A stretch of 63,943 nt of DNA, filler included, from 10 parts of 10 records of this genome joined end to end with filler, not necessarily neighbours in it; one strand, 5' to 3'. Positions 21,414-31,369 are shown, counted from the first letter of the whole stretch. A program made the numbers and translations. Notes: generated by a model from the sequence alone, not told the origin.

Positions 21414-21933
21414 CGGATTGACGCCACGCCAGGCCGAAGCGGCAACCGGTGTCTGCGAGGCCGAAATTCTCGCCGCCGCACGGGCCCACGGCGTGCCACC
21501 GGGCATCCTTCATTCCGTCGGCCTGACGGAGACCGGCCGGAAGGGGTCGCTCTATCCCTATGCGCTCAATATCGAAGGCCGCACGGTCTATGCGAAGAAC
21601 CGCAGCGAGGCGTTGCGCGAGTTCGAAAAGGCGCGGGCCGAGGGCAAGACCCTGATCGATCTCGGATGCATGCAGATCAATCACCGCTATCATGGCGCTG
21701 AATTTCCGTCGGTGAGCGCGATGCTCGACCCGCACGCCAATGTCGAATATGCCGCCCGCTTTCTTGCCCGGCTGCACGCCCGGCACGAAACCTGGACGAT
21801 GGCCGTTGCGCGCTATCACGCCGGCCCGAACAACGATCCGGCACAGAAAAGATATGTCTGCCGGGTCATCGCAAATCTCATCGCAACCGGTCACGGAGCA
21901 TGGACGGACCAGGCCAGATCGTTCTGCGGATAA
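21355..21933 (+). CDS. Flagellar-cluster lytic transglycosylase (SLT domain)
   Basis: Signal peptide from MNRVRML, catalytic ETG, DLGCMQIN and AVARYH; overlaps the fliK 3' end by 59 nt. Confidence 0.88.
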   Translation: MNRVRMLVLALVALTAFISDGLTPRQAEAATGVCEAEILAAARAHGVPPGILHSVGLTETGRKGSLYPYALNIEGRTVYAKNRSEALREFEKARAEGKTLIDLGCMQINHRYHGAEFPSVSAMLDPHANVEYAARFLARLHARHETWTMAVARYHAGPNNDPAQKRYVCRVIANLIATGHGAWTDQARSFCG

Positions 21934-21973
21934 TGCAACCTGAAATGGCAGATGACATTTTTCTGCCCGATTT

Positions 21974-22123
21974 GTAACAATTTGTTAAGATTTAGGCGTT
22001 TCTAAACGACGCAAGAAAAAAATTAACCATTTGTTAACTTTTCCCAACACAATTGTGTGTGGGAGCGGTGACGCATACCATATCTAGGCAAATCAGCGGG
22101 AAATATGGTTAATCAATTATTAA
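21974..22123. promoter_or_regulatory. CtrA-type boxes (TTAA-N7-TTAA) upstream of rem/ftcR
   Basis: TTAAccatttgTTAAC at 22023-22038, gTTAAtcaattaTTAA at 22108-22123, and one-mismatch GTAAcaatttgTTAA at 21974-21988. Confidence 0.75.
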
Positions 22124-22214
22124 TTGTCACCGGATTCATTTCATAGTTTACCGCGATTCAGCGGATTCGTACTCCTTATGTAACGAGGCACCACACTGAT
22201 TCGGAGGCGAACGA

Positions 22215-22603
22215 ATGATCGTAGTGGTTGATGATCGGCAATTGGTAAAAGACGGGTACACATCTCTTTTCGGGCGGGAAGGGGTTCCTTCGGCGAGCTT
22301 TGATTCGGTCGAGTTCGGCGAGTGGGTACACACGGCCGCAGACTCGGATCTGGCGGCAGTCGAGGCTTTCCTGATCGGTCAGGGAAAACAGATGATGGAT
22401 CTGCCCAGGGCGATCCGTGATCGTTCGCAGGCTCCGGTGATCGCGGTAAGCGACACGCCATCTCTTGAATCCACCCTGGCGTTCTACGACAGCGGAGTGG
22501 ACGACGTGGTGCGCAAGCCGGTCCACCCCCGCGAGATATTGGCGCGTGCGGCGGCCATCCGGCGCCGCCTCAAGGCAATTTCGACCCATATCGAGATCGG
22601 CCC
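22215..22603 (+). CDS. Flagellar OmpR-like response regulator Rem/FtcR (truncated)
   Basis: MIVVVDDRQLVKDGY...GVDDVVRKPVHPREILAR; position after the SLT gene in the rhizobial flagellar cluster. Confidence 0.85.
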
Positions 22604-22703
22604 NNNNNNNNNNNNNNNNNNNNNNNNNNNNNNNNNNNNNNNNNNNNTTAATTAATTAANNNNNNNNNNNNNNNNNNNNNNNNNNNNNNNNNNNNNNNNN
22701 NNN

Positions 22704-22823
22704 GACCCGGCGCTGTGCTGGACCGGCTGCAAGAACACTGGTCGCGGGGGTGGGCTTTCGATCATCGGCTACCACAACCTGACGCGCCCGAAATCGTATT
22801 ACCTGAAAAAACCGGTGAACTGA
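22704..22823 (+). CDS. Aldehyde dehydrogenase, C-terminal fragment
   Basis: Hand translation DPALCWTGCKNTGRGGGLSIIGYHNLTRPKSYYLKK resembles ALDH C-termini; upstream of Fe-ADH. Confidence 0.75.
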   Translation, partial: DPALCWTGCKNTGRGGGLSIIGYHNLTRPKSYYLKKPVN

Positions 22824-22868
22824 TATCCGGATCAACAGACAACCCGATTCTTTGACGAGGGGCTGACG

Positions 22869-24014
22869 ATGACACTCTCCGCAAACTGGTCCTATCCCAC
22901 CGATATCCGTTTTGGCGCCGGTCGCATCGGTGAACTCGGCGAATGCTGTGCGGAGGCGGGTATCACCCGGCCGCTGCTGGTCACCGACAGGGGGCTGGCA
23001 AACCTGCCCATCACTCAGCAGACGCTCGATTTAATGGAGCAGGCTGGCCTCGGGCGAGCGATGTTTTCCGAGGTGGACCCTAACCCCACGGAAATCAACA
23101 TGGAAGCGGGCCGAAAGGTCTTCCTCGATGGTAACCACGACGGAGTGATCGCCTTCGGCGGAGGGTCCGGTCTGGATTTGGGAAAATTGCTGGCCTTCAT
23201 GGCCGGTCAGACCCGGCCGGTGTGGGACTTTGAGGATATTGGTGACTGGTGGAAACGCGCGAATGCCGATGCGATTGCGCCGATCATCGCTGTACCAACG
23301 ACCGCTGGCACTGGGTCAGAGGTGGGCCGGGCCAGCGTCATCGTCAACAGTCAGAGCCACGTCAAAAAGATCATCTTTCATCCGCGAATACTGCCGTCGA
23401 TTGTGATCTCCGACCCCGAACTGACGGTCGGTATGCCGCCCTTTATAACCGCAGGAACCGGCATGGATGCCTTTATCCACTGTTTTGAAGCCTTCTGCTC
23501 ACCCAACTTTCACCCCATGAGCCAGGGTATTGCTCTGGAGGGCATGCGGCTGGTGAAGGAAAACCTGCCCCGGGTGTATGCGGATGCCGCCGATATCGAG
23601 GCTCGCGGGCAGATGCTGGTCGCCGCCGCCATGGGCGCGGTGGCCTTCCAGAAGGGCCTGGGGGCGACCCACGCGGTCTCCCATTCGGTCGGCGCGATCT
23701 ACAACACCCACCATGGCATGACCAATGCCGTGGTGCTGCCGTCGGTCATCACCATGAACCGGCCTGCGATCGAAAACCGGGTCGACGACATTACCCGCTA
23801 CCTGGGCATTGCCAATGGCTTTGACGGATTCACCCAGTTCATCATGACGTTGCGGGAATCCCTTGGCGTACCGGAGCGCTTGAGGGATATGGGTGTGGGG
23901 ACGGATCGCATTGAGGAAATGACCAGAATGGCCCTTGACGACCCCAGTGCCGGTGGCAACCCGGTGAAGATGACTGCGGAAAACACGCGAGCTTTGTTTG
24001 AAGCCTGCATCTGA
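22869..24014 (+). CDS. Iron-containing alcohol dehydrogenase
   Basis: GGGSGLD, PTTAGTGSE, GMDAFIH and H..SH...HHG metal ligands. Confidence 0.93.
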   Translation: MTLSANWSYPTDIRFGAGRIGELGECCAEAGITRPLLVTDRGLANLPITQQTLDLMEQAGLGRAMFSEVDPNPTEINMEAGRKVFLDGNHDGVIAFGGGSGLDLGKLLAFMAGQTRPVWDFEDIGDWWKRANADAIAPIIAVPTTAGTGSEVGRASVIVNSQSHVKKIIFHPRILPSIVISDPELTVGMPPFITAGTGMDAFIHCFEAFCSPNFHPMSQGIALEGMRLVKENLPRVYADAADIEARGQMLVAAAMGAVAFQKGLGATHAVSHSVGAIYNTHHGMTNAVVLPSVITMNRPAIENRVDDITRYLGIANGFDGFTQFIMTLRESLGVPERLRDMGVGTDRIEEMTRMALDDPSAGGNPVKMTAENTRALFEACI

Positions 24015-24074
24015 TTGATCTATTGTCGGTTTTGGCCAAATCTCACGCCAAAACCCGAGCCAAAAGGAACGCAA

Positions 24075-24482
24075 ATGGCAGACAATCAGGACACCCACAG
24101 CAAACTCATCGGCTACCTGCTCTGGATCTTCGGTTTCCTGGGGTCGCACCGCTTTTACTACGGCAAGCCCATCACCGGCACCATCTGGTTTTTCACCCTG
24201 GGGTTGCTCTTCATTGGCTGGATCATCGATCTGTTCCTGATACCGGCCATGGATCGGGAGGCGGATCACCGGTTCCGTGAGGGCGAGGTCAGTTTCAACA
24301 TCGGTTGGATTCTACTGACCTTCCTCGGCGTATTTGGTATCCACCGGATGTACATGGGCAAGTGGATCACCGGAATCATATACCTGCTGACGGGCGGTCT
24401 GTTCCTGGTGGGTGTGCTTTATGATTTCTGGACACTGAACAGCCAGATCTCGGAACGTAATCAGGAAGTGAAGTTCGGCTAG
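24075..24482 (+). CDS. TM2 (NINE) domain membrane protein with two TM2 repeats
   Basis: GSHRFYYGK and GIHRMYMGK repeats; AAGGA RBS. Confidence 0.88.
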   Translation: MADNQDTHSKLIGYLLWIFGFLGSHRFYYGKPITGTIWFFTLGLLFIGWIIDLFLIPAMDREADHRFREGEVSFNIGWILLTFLGVFGIHRMYMGKWITGIIYLLTGGLFLVGVLYDFWTLNSQISERNQEVKFG

Positions 24483-24485
24483 GCG

Positions 24486-25853
24486 TCATAGCCCGGCCGC
24501 TTGCTCAAGCTCGGTCAGGCCCTCTTCAAGATAATCCAGCATGCGCTGCAGGCTGGGTAGGGTGCGACGGCAGCCAATCAGCCCGAATTCCACCTGATCG
24601 CAGTAGCTGGTCAGGGTCATGTTCAGGGCAATCCGGTCCATGGCGATGGACACCGGGTACATGCCCTCAAGCCTTGCGCCGTTCCAGTAACTCGGCTCCT
24701 TCGGCCCCGGTACGTTGGAAATGACCACGTTAAAGGTCTGCCACTTCGGCGCCAGCCCGGTTAGCAGGTTGAAGCTCGCCGGGGCCAGCAGCAACGCCGT
24801 GTAATTCAGGATTTCCTCTGGAGACATGGCCGCGTAGCGCTGCTTGGAGGCTTTCACGTCTTCGTGGATATAGCGCAGCCGCTCAGCGGCGTCGTTCAGG
24901 TGGGTGCCCAGGGAAGCGAGGATAATACCCACCTGGTTGCCACCGGAGCTGTCATCCGTGCGCAGGGAAACCGGTACCATGGCGACCAGCGGTTTTTCCG
25001 GCAACGCGTCCTGATTCATCAGGTAGGTCCGCAGGGCCGTGGCACACATGGTCATGACCACGTCGTTAACCGTTGTACCGAAGGCGGTGCATACGGCACG
25101 GATGCGTTTCAGATCATAGGACTGGGCCGCAAAACGGCGGGAGCCGGTGATCTTGCCGTTCAGGACGCAGCGCGGCGCGTGGAAGATGGAATCGTAGGCC
25201 GGGTCCTTGCGGGCCCGGTTAACGGTGTTCAGCAGCGCCTTGGTGACCGCCGGAACCGTGCCCAGCTGTTTACCCGATTCCCCGAGCAGATGGGCAACGT
25301 TGCGCCACATCGACGGGCCTTCATCGTCGTCACCGCTGCGGCTGCGGCGCGGCAGCGACCAGATCGGCGGCATGTTTCGCTGCTCCGGGTCCTGTGACAG
25401 CATGCGCTGGAACAGGCGCATGGCAGACACACCATCGACCAGAGAATGGTGTACCTTGGTGTAAACGGCGAACTGCCGGTCTTTCAGGCCTTCAATGAGG
25501 TGGAACTCCCACATGGGCCGTTCCCGGTCCATCAGGTGGCTGTGTTCGGCGGAGACAAACGACAACAACTCCCGGACCCGGCCTGGCGTGGGCAGAGCCT
25601 CAAAGCGGAAATGATGCTCCAGGTCCAGCTGTTCGTCTTCTACCCAGACCGGTTGACCGAACCGACTGCCCAGGCGCCTGTCGAAGGGAGGTGTGACGAT
25701 GGTTTCCTCCCGCAACTGGTCCGCAAGTTGGGCGACATAGTCATCCGGAGCATCCTCGGGGAACGAGAACAGCTGCAGGCCGCCAACGTGCATGGGCTGC
25801 TGGCGTTTTTCCAGCCACAGGAATACCTGGTCTACCGGGCTTAGTGCTTTCAC
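24486..25853 (-). CDS. Wax ester synthase/diacylglycerol acyltransferase (WS/DGAT)
   Basis: PMHVGGL, catalytic HHSLVDG and NVVISNVPGP. Confidence 0.95.
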   Translation of the reverse strand: MKALSPVDQVFLWLEKRQQPMHVGGLQLFSFPEDAPDDYVAQLADQLREETIVTPPFDRRLGSRFGQPVWVEDEQLDLEHHFRFEALPTPGRVRELLSFVSAEHSHLMDRERPMWEFHLIEGLKDRQFAVYTKVHHSLVDGVSAMRLFQRMLSQDPEQRNMPPIWSLPRRSRSGDDDEGPSMWRNVAHLLGESGKQLGTVPAVTKALLNTVNRARKDPAYDSIFHAPRCVLNGKITGSRRFAAQSYDLKRIRAVCTAFGTTVNDVVMTMCATALRTYLMNQDALPEKPLVAMVPVSLRTDDSSGGNQVGIILASLGTHLNDAAERLRYIHEDVKASKQRYAAMSPEEILNYTALLLAPASFNLLTGLAPKWQTFNVVISNVPGPKEPSYWNGARLEGMYPVSIAMDRIALNMTLTSYCDQVEFGLIGCRRTLPSLQRMLDYLEEGLTELEQAAGL

Positions 25854-25979
25854 GAAACAGATCTCGCCTTGTTGTGATTATTGTCTGGGAGTCAGTGTTG
25901 CAGCATTTCTGGTTTGGGGGAAGTTTCGGGTTTGTGCTGAACAGGCCTGTTTTGTTGGTCTTGGGGGGAGTCGCCGCTT

Positions 25980-26036
25980 CGGGGGGTGGGGTTATTTTTT
26001 CTTTGGGAAAAAGAACTCGCTTCGCTCAGACACCTT
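25980..26036. repeat. Probable left half of an intergenic palindromic repeat at the contig end
   Basis: GGGGGTGGGGTTATTTTTTC...GGAAAAAG-(loop)-CTT is cut by the gap. It resembles dispersed repeats I recall from Marinobacter, which cannot be verified here. Confidence 0.4.
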
Positions 26037-26136
26037 NNNNNNNNNNNNNNNNNNNNNNNNNNNNNNNNNNNNNNNNNNNNTTAATTAATTAANNNNNNNN
26101 NNNNNNNNNNNNNNNNNNNNNNNNNNNNNNNNNNNN

Positions 26137-27383
26137 ACCTGTTCCGCAAACGGGCTGTCGTGCCTCTTACTGACATGAAAAACTACATGCGCATGCTGGC
26201 TGAAGGTGACTACTCCAATGAGGTCCCCCATGCCGACCGCAAGGACGAGATCGGCGAGATGGCAAAGTCAGTCGAGGTCTTTCGCAATGCTGCGCTTGAA
26301 CGCAAGCGCTTGCGCGAGGAAATGGAGCGCGAAAGTCAACTCAGTGAAGAGCAGCGGATCGAACGCGAGCGAATTCGTGCCGAGCAAGCCGCCGATCTGA
26401 AGGTTGTCGTCGATACACTGGGCGCCGGCCTGAACCGGCTTGCCGAATGCAACATCCGCTTGACGATCGATGAGCCGTTTTCAGAAAACTTCGAAATGCT
26501 GCGCACGGACTTCAACAACTCGATCGCGACATTCCAGGCCACGTTGGAACTGGTTCTGGAGAAAACCGCGCACATCAATGACAACTCGCAAGCAATGCGA
26601 GAGGCCGCGGATAATCTCTCACGGCGTACCGAACAGCAGGCTGCTGCGCTCGAAGAGACAGCCGCCGCCCTCGAGGAGGTCACCTCCACGGTTCGCGCCT
26701 CTGTCGAACGCACGAGCGAGACCCGCGATCTCGTTCACGAGGCGAAGAATTGTGCAACGATGTCGACCGGTGTCGTGAGAGGTGCCGTAGAGGCGATGAC
26801 TCGCATTGAAGGCGCATCGGAAGAGATCGGAAGAATTATCGACGTCATCGACCAGATTGCCTTCCAGACCAACCTGCTTGCACTGAATGCTGGTGTGGAA
26901 GCGGCTCGCGCCGGCGATGCAGGCAAGGGTTTCGCTGTTGTCGCACAGGAAGTCCGTGAACTCGCCCAGCGATCGGCATTGGCGGCCAAAGAAATTGGCG
27001 GATTGATTGAAAATTCGCGCAACGAGGTTGCAAATGGCGTCAAACTGGTTGGCGAGACCGGGGATGCCCTAGTCCGCATCGAGGGCTTTGTCAGCGAAAT
27101 CGATGTCAAGGTAGAAGCTATCACAACCGCTTCCCGCGAACAGTCGGTTGGCCTGGGTGAGATCAGTACCGCAGTCAACTCGATCGATCAGATGACCCAG
27201 CAAAACACGTCCATGGTTGAGGAGACAACTGCCATCAGTCATTCGCTGGCCTCGGATTCGGAACAGCTCGGCGAACTGGTTGGACGTTTCCAGCTCAACC
27301 GCCGCAGTACCATAAGAGAGCCAAACTCTGCCTTTGCCAATCGTATTCCCGATCCCGTCTTGCGCCTCGCGAGCCAGCGCTGA
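26137..27383 (+). CDS. Methyl-accepting chemotaxis protein (5' truncated)
   Basis: HAMP domain (RKDEIGEMA) and signalling hairpin IAFQTNLLALNAGVEAARAGDAGKGFAVVAQEVRELA. Confidence 0.95.
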
Positions 27384-27443
27384 CCAAAAACCGGTTGGAG
27401 AGTGCAATCCAACTAGAAGCAGTCCGAAATACGGGAAACGAGA

Positions 27444-27680
27444 ATGCCGAAATTGCAGCCCCATCTGAGTGGGGCTCCGAGGGCTGCGGCATCAAGGTCA
27501 CTTGTGATCAAGTACGCTGCGGATGGAGCCGAGAGAATATTCATCGTCAGCGTGCTGGGAAAGAGTGGCAATCTCTTGTGGGCGACTCAGGATGGGGCAA
27601 TCCAGCTCTATGAAAGAAAGTGGATAGTAACGATGGTTTCGGTCGAATCTGTTCAAGAGATCGACTGGAATGATGTCTGA
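27444..27680 (+). CDS. Small hypothetical protein
   Basis: 78-aa ORF co-oriented with its neighbours, purine-rich upstream; no motif recognised. Confidence 0.35.
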   Translation: MPKLQPHLSGAPRAAASRSLVIKYAADGAERIFIVSVLGKSGNLLWATQDGAIQLYERKWIVTMVSVESVQEIDWNDV

Positions 27681-27737
27681 ACATGTTGCTTTACGCAAAA
27701 GCAACGGCCAGGAGCGCAGTTTTTGACGACACACCGA

Positions 27738-27974
27738 ATGAAGGCGCCGTGCTTTTCACCCGATCATCCCAACTACCTGTCAGAGCTGGAGGCGGAACTT
27801 GCACCATTCTTGGCGGAAATTGTAGGTCGCGCTGTTGATGCCGGGTGGTCCAAGGATACCGTTTGGACGGCGCTAATATCGCTCGTTGCCGATCTGGAAC
27901 AGTCCACTTTTGAAACCTCCGAAACTGACAAACTGGTAATGGACGTGGTATCTCTCCTTGATAATTTTCGCTGA
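27738..27974 (+). CDS. Small hypothetical protein of a type seen in rhizobial accessory DNA
   Basis: Helical acidic protein with an A.DAGW...V..AL pattern. Confidence 0.6.
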   Translation: MKAPCFSPDHPNYLSELEAELAPFLAEIVGRAVDAGWSKDTVWTALISLVADLEQSTFETSETDKLVMDVVSLLDNFR

Positions 27975-28129
27975 TTGTCTGATCAGAGCGACAGGAACAA
28001 GGCAGTTGCGTGCAGCGCTTGGTATGGCTAGGCAAGTCGCAACGGGCAACCTTCATTCGCTGGATCCAGACTCAGAGAATGACCGTTTTCCTCAGATCAA
28101 GAATGCCAGGCCCGCGTCACCGGCAACAC

Positions 28130-28342
28130 TCATGCATGCCGTTCACCAATCCCCCACCGCACCCGGGCCCACACCCGTTCGTGCATGATGAAAAACGCCA
28201 GGCCGCTGGCGGCGGTGGAGAGCGCGAAGCTCATGGCCGTCACCATGTTGCCGGTGTGGAACCAGGCCAGCGCGCCGGTGACGGCGAGGCCGAGGGCCTG
28301 CCAGGTGATGGCTTTTGCGATGGTCCTGAGTTTCGATTCCAT
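28130..28342 (-). CDS. DUF2061 family small membrane protein
   Basis: MES..RT.AKAITWQ...HERVW..VRWG pattern. Confidence 0.85.
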   Translation of the reverse strand: MESKLRTIAKAITWQALGLAVTGALAWFHTGNMVTAMSFALSTAASGLAFFIMHERVWARVRWGIGERHA

Positions 28343-28432
28343 GGTCTGCGCCGGCTCCCTTGCTGGTGATGCGATGCGGGATTTGTAGACGGTTCGCGCG
28401 CCTGCCGGAATTCTGTATCTTCTGCGCAAAAA

Positions 28433-28466
28433 CACACGAATGTTGATAAAAATCACCAAATGTGTG
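28433..28466. promoter_or_regulatory. Imperfect palindrome, probable operator between DUF2061 and the XRE regulator
   Basis: CACAC..TG.TGAT-AAAA-ATCA.CA..GTGTG, symmetric about 28449/28450, in an AT-rich gap between divergent genes. Confidence 0.5.
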
Positions 28467-28477
28467 AATAGTCCACG

Positions 28478-29353
28478 ATGCACAAGACTGACCGCGCAGA
28501 GCTGTTTCGCACCCGCCTGGCCGCCCGGCTGGCCTTGACCGGCATGAGCCGCAGCGCGCTGGCGCGGGCGGCGGGCGTCGACCGGTCGACGATCGCGCAA
28601 TTGCTGTCGGGCGACGAGGTGCGGCTGCCGAACGCGCATCTGGCGGCGGAATGCGCCAGCGCGCTGGGGGTGAGCGCGGACTGGTTGCTGGGCCTGTCGG
28701 ACCGGCCGGAATCGGCAGCCGAGGTGCTGTCGGCGAATTTCCGGATGGAGGCGGCGCAGCGGACGCCGGCGGACGAGCAAATCATCGCCTGGCACCAGGA
28801 GGCGGCGGGCCACAAGATCCGCCACGTACCGGCAACGCTGCCCGATATCCTGAAAACCGAGGCCGTTCTCGAATGGGAATATGCCGCCTTTCTCGACAAG
28901 ACGCCGCAACAGGCGCGCGGCGCCATGCGCGAGACCTCCGACTGGCTGAGCGCGCCCGGGTCGGATTACGAGATCTGCGTGTCGATCGACAAGGTCCGCT
29001 CGCTGGCGCGCGGCGAGGGCTACTGGCAGGGGCTCGACCGCGATGTCCGCGCCGCGCAGATCGATTTCATGGCCGAGCGCTGCGCCCGGCTCTATCCGTC
29101 GCTGAGGCTTTATCTCTACGATTCGAAGAAGGTGTTCTCGGCGCCGGTGTCGATCTTCGGGCGGCTGCTGGCGGCGGTCTATGTCGGCCAGTTCTACCTG
29201 GTCTACCGCGACAACCGGCAGATCGCGGCGCTGACCGGGCATTTCGACACGCTGGTGCGCGAATCGGAAGTCGAGGCGCGCAATGCCGGCCGGATCATCC
29301 GGGAGATGTTCGACGAGGCCAGCCAGGTGAGGATGCATGTGCCGCCCGGTTGA
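28478..29353 (+). CDS. XRE-family HTH transcriptional regulator with C-terminal sensor domain
   Basis: SRSALARAAGVDRSTIAQLL...LGVSADWLLGL HTH. Confidence 0.88.
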   Translation: MHKTDRAELFRTRLAARLALTGMSRSALARAAGVDRSTIAQLLSGDEVRLPNAHLAAECASALGVSADWLLGLSDRPESAAEVLSANFRMEAAQRTPADEQIIAWHQEAAGHKIRHVPATLPDILKTEAVLEWEYAAFLDKTPQQARGAMRETSDWLSAPGSDYEICVSIDKVRSLARGEGYWQGLDRDVRAAQIDFMAERCARLYPSLRLYLYDSKKVFSAPVSIFGRLLAAVYVGQFYLVYRDNRQIAALTGHFDTLVRESEVEARNAGRIIREMFDEASQVRMHVPPG

Positions 29354-29526
29354 ACGAGCGGCATCGAGCGACAGGCTTTGACAGGCGCGTGGTTGCGGTG
29401 CATGTCTTTTCTCTCAATCGCGCCGCCCGGTGTGGCGTGAGCATCCGCCCGGCCCGCTGCTCCCCGCATCAGGCCTGTCCGGAACGGGTCGCGGGCCGGT
29501 TCGATCACATCAGGGAAAACTTCACC

Positions 29527-30465
29527 TTGGATCCCATACCCAATCACCGCCCGGCGCGGCACGATGTCGACCGCGAGGCCATGCCGCCGGTGGCGATGCT
29601 GCTGGCGCTCAGCACCTTCATGTGCTTCGCGGTGCTCGACACCGGCGCAAAGTACCTGGTCACCGCCGGCTATGCGGCGATCTTCGTGGTCTGGTGCCGG
29701 TTTTTGAGCCACACCGTGATTTCGCTGGTTGCCTTCCAGGGATGGCGCCGGGCCGACATGTACCGGATGAAGAACGCGCCGCTGCAGATCCTGCGCGGGC
29801 TGCTGTTGCCGGCGACGACGCTGTTCAACTTCCTGGCGCTGCGCGAATTGCAGCTGGCGCAGACCATCTCCATCTTTCTCTCCGTGCCGATGCTGGTGAC
29901 GGCGATGGCCGGGCCGCTGCTCGGCGAATGGGCGGGTCCGCGGCGCTGGGCGGCGATCATGGTCGGCTTCGTCGGGGTGCTGATCGTGGTGCGGCCGGGC
30001 ACCGACGTGTTCTCGCTGTCGATCATCTGGTCGATCCTGTCGACGCTGACCTATTCGCTCTACTCGATCCTGACCCGGAACCTGGCGATGCAGGAAAGCC
30101 AGGCGAGCCTGGTGTTCTATTCCTCGATCTTCGCAACCGTGCTGATGGCGCCCCCGGCGCTCATTTATGGGCAGATGCCGACGTCACCGTTCGACTGGGT
30201 GCTGCTGGCCAGCCTCGGGGTGCTCGGCCTGGGCGGGCACGCGCTGCTGGTCAAGGCCAGCCGGCTGGCGAGCGCCTCGAAGGTGGCGCCGTTCATCTAC
30301 AGCCAGCTTCTGTGGATGACGGCGCTCGGCTTCATCGTCTTCGGTGACGTGCCAGACGGCTGGACCATGCTGGGGGCGTCGATCATCTGCCTGAGCGGCA
30401 TCTACATCATGAACCGGGAACGCCAGATCGCCCGCAACGAGCGCAGGGCGGCGGCGGGCGGCTGA
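29527..30465 (+). CDS. DMT/EamA family transporter
   Basis: About 10 TM segments, LLGEWAGPRRW and APFIYSQL. Start at TTG 29527 or ATG 29581; the longer ORF upstream is a shadow extension. Confidence 0.9.
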   Translation: MDPIPNHRPARHDVDREAMPPVAMLLALSTFMCFAVLDTGAKYLVTAGYAAIFVVWCRFLSHTVISLVAFQGWRRADMYRMKNAPLQILRGLLLPATTLFNFLALRELQLAQTISIFLSVPMLVTAMAGPLLGEWAGPRRWAAIMVGFVGVLIVVRPGTDVFSLSIIWSILSTLTYSLYSILTRNLAMQESQASLVFYSSIFATVLMAPPALIYGQMPTSPFDWVLLASLGVLGLGGHALLVKASRLASASKVAPFIYSQLLWMTALGFIVFGDVPDGWTMLGASIICLSGIYIMNRERQIARNERRAAAGG

Positions 30466-30627
30466 CAGCAAGGCGATGCGCCGGAAGCCCCGGAACCAAC
30501 CGCCGGGACTTTGGCGGGCGCGGGCGGCGTGGTAAGTCTCTGGCGAGGCGGGCGGTGATTTGCCCGATGCGTCACTATGGCGCTGGCAGAACACCGACGC
30601 CGCCCTGGACCGAACGGAGATGCGGGA

Positions 30628-30768
30628 ATGATCGAATTCTATTGGCCGACGACGCAGGGCGAATGGCTGGCCTGGTCTTCGGCGCTGGTGACCATCCTGT
30701 TCGGCCTGATGCTCCTGTTCGCGCCGCGGCTGTCGCTCAGGATCCTGAGGCTGCAGACCCTGCCCGAT
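30628..30768 (+). CDS. Membrane protein, DUF4345-like, N-terminal fragment
   Basis: MIEFYWPTTQGEWLAW..GLMLLFAP resembles a conserved rhizobial membrane protein; truncated. Confidence 0.6.
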
Positions 30769-30868
30769 NNNNNNNNNNNNNNNNNNNNNNNNNNNNNNNN
30801 NNNNNNNNNNNNTTAATTAATTAANNNNNNNNNNNNNNNNNNNNNNNNNNNNNNNNNNNNNNNNNNNN

Positions 30869-31282
30869 GTCCCACTCTACGGCGACGGGCTCAACGTCCG
30901 CGATTGGCTCCACGTCGACGACCACTGCGAGGCGATCCTGACGGTGCTCGAGAAGGGCACCGCCGGCGAGGTCTACAACGTGGGCGGCAACAACGAACGC
31001 TCCAATGTCGAACTCACCCACGCCATCCTCGAGCTCATGGGGCACGGCGAGGAGATGATCGAGCGGGTGAAGGACCGCCCCGGGCACGACCGGCGGTACG
31101 CGATCGACGCGACCAAGATCGACCGGGAGCTCGGGTGGAAGCCCTCGCGCTCGGCCTGGCCGGGCGCGCTCGCCGAAACAGTCCGGTGGTATCAGGACAA
31201 CACCGAGTGGTGGCAGCGCGTCCGCACCGGTGCCTACCGCGACTACTACGAGCGGCAGTACGGCAGCACCGCCTCGGCCTGA
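30869..31282 (+). CDS. rfbB: dTDP-glucose 4,6-dehydratase, C-terminal part
   Basis: PLYGDGLNVRDWLHVDDHC and DRPGHDRRYAID motifs. Confidence 0.92.
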   Translation, partial: VPLYGDGLNVRDWLHVDDHCEAILTVLEKGTAGEVYNVGGNNERSNVELTHAILELMGHGEEMIERVKDRPGHDRRYAIDATKIDRELGWKPSRSAWPGALAETVRWYQDNTEWWQRVRTGAYRDYYERQYGSTASA

Positions 31283-31296
31283 CTCCTCAACGACAA

Positions 31297-31326
31297 CGAG
31301 GGGAACGGCATCCGCCGCTCCCCTCG
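31297..31326. terminator. Hairpin between convergent rfbB and surface protein 1
   Basis: CGAGGGGAACGGC-ATCC-GCCGCTCCCCTCG stem-loop. Confidence 0.55.
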
Positions 31327-31369
31327 AAGAGTGTCGTGTGTGAGATCGGCCCGTGGGCCGAGTCGGCGA

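Noticed and set aside
22869-25853. ADH plus WS/DGAT as a wax-ester operon
   Set aside because: The genes are convergent and separated by a TM2 gene; no evidence of co-transcription.
28130-30465. 402-aa (-) and 604-aa (+) ORFs suggesting fusions
   Set aside because: Only their C-terminal parts are real (DUF2061 and DMT); the rest overlaps the XRE gene.
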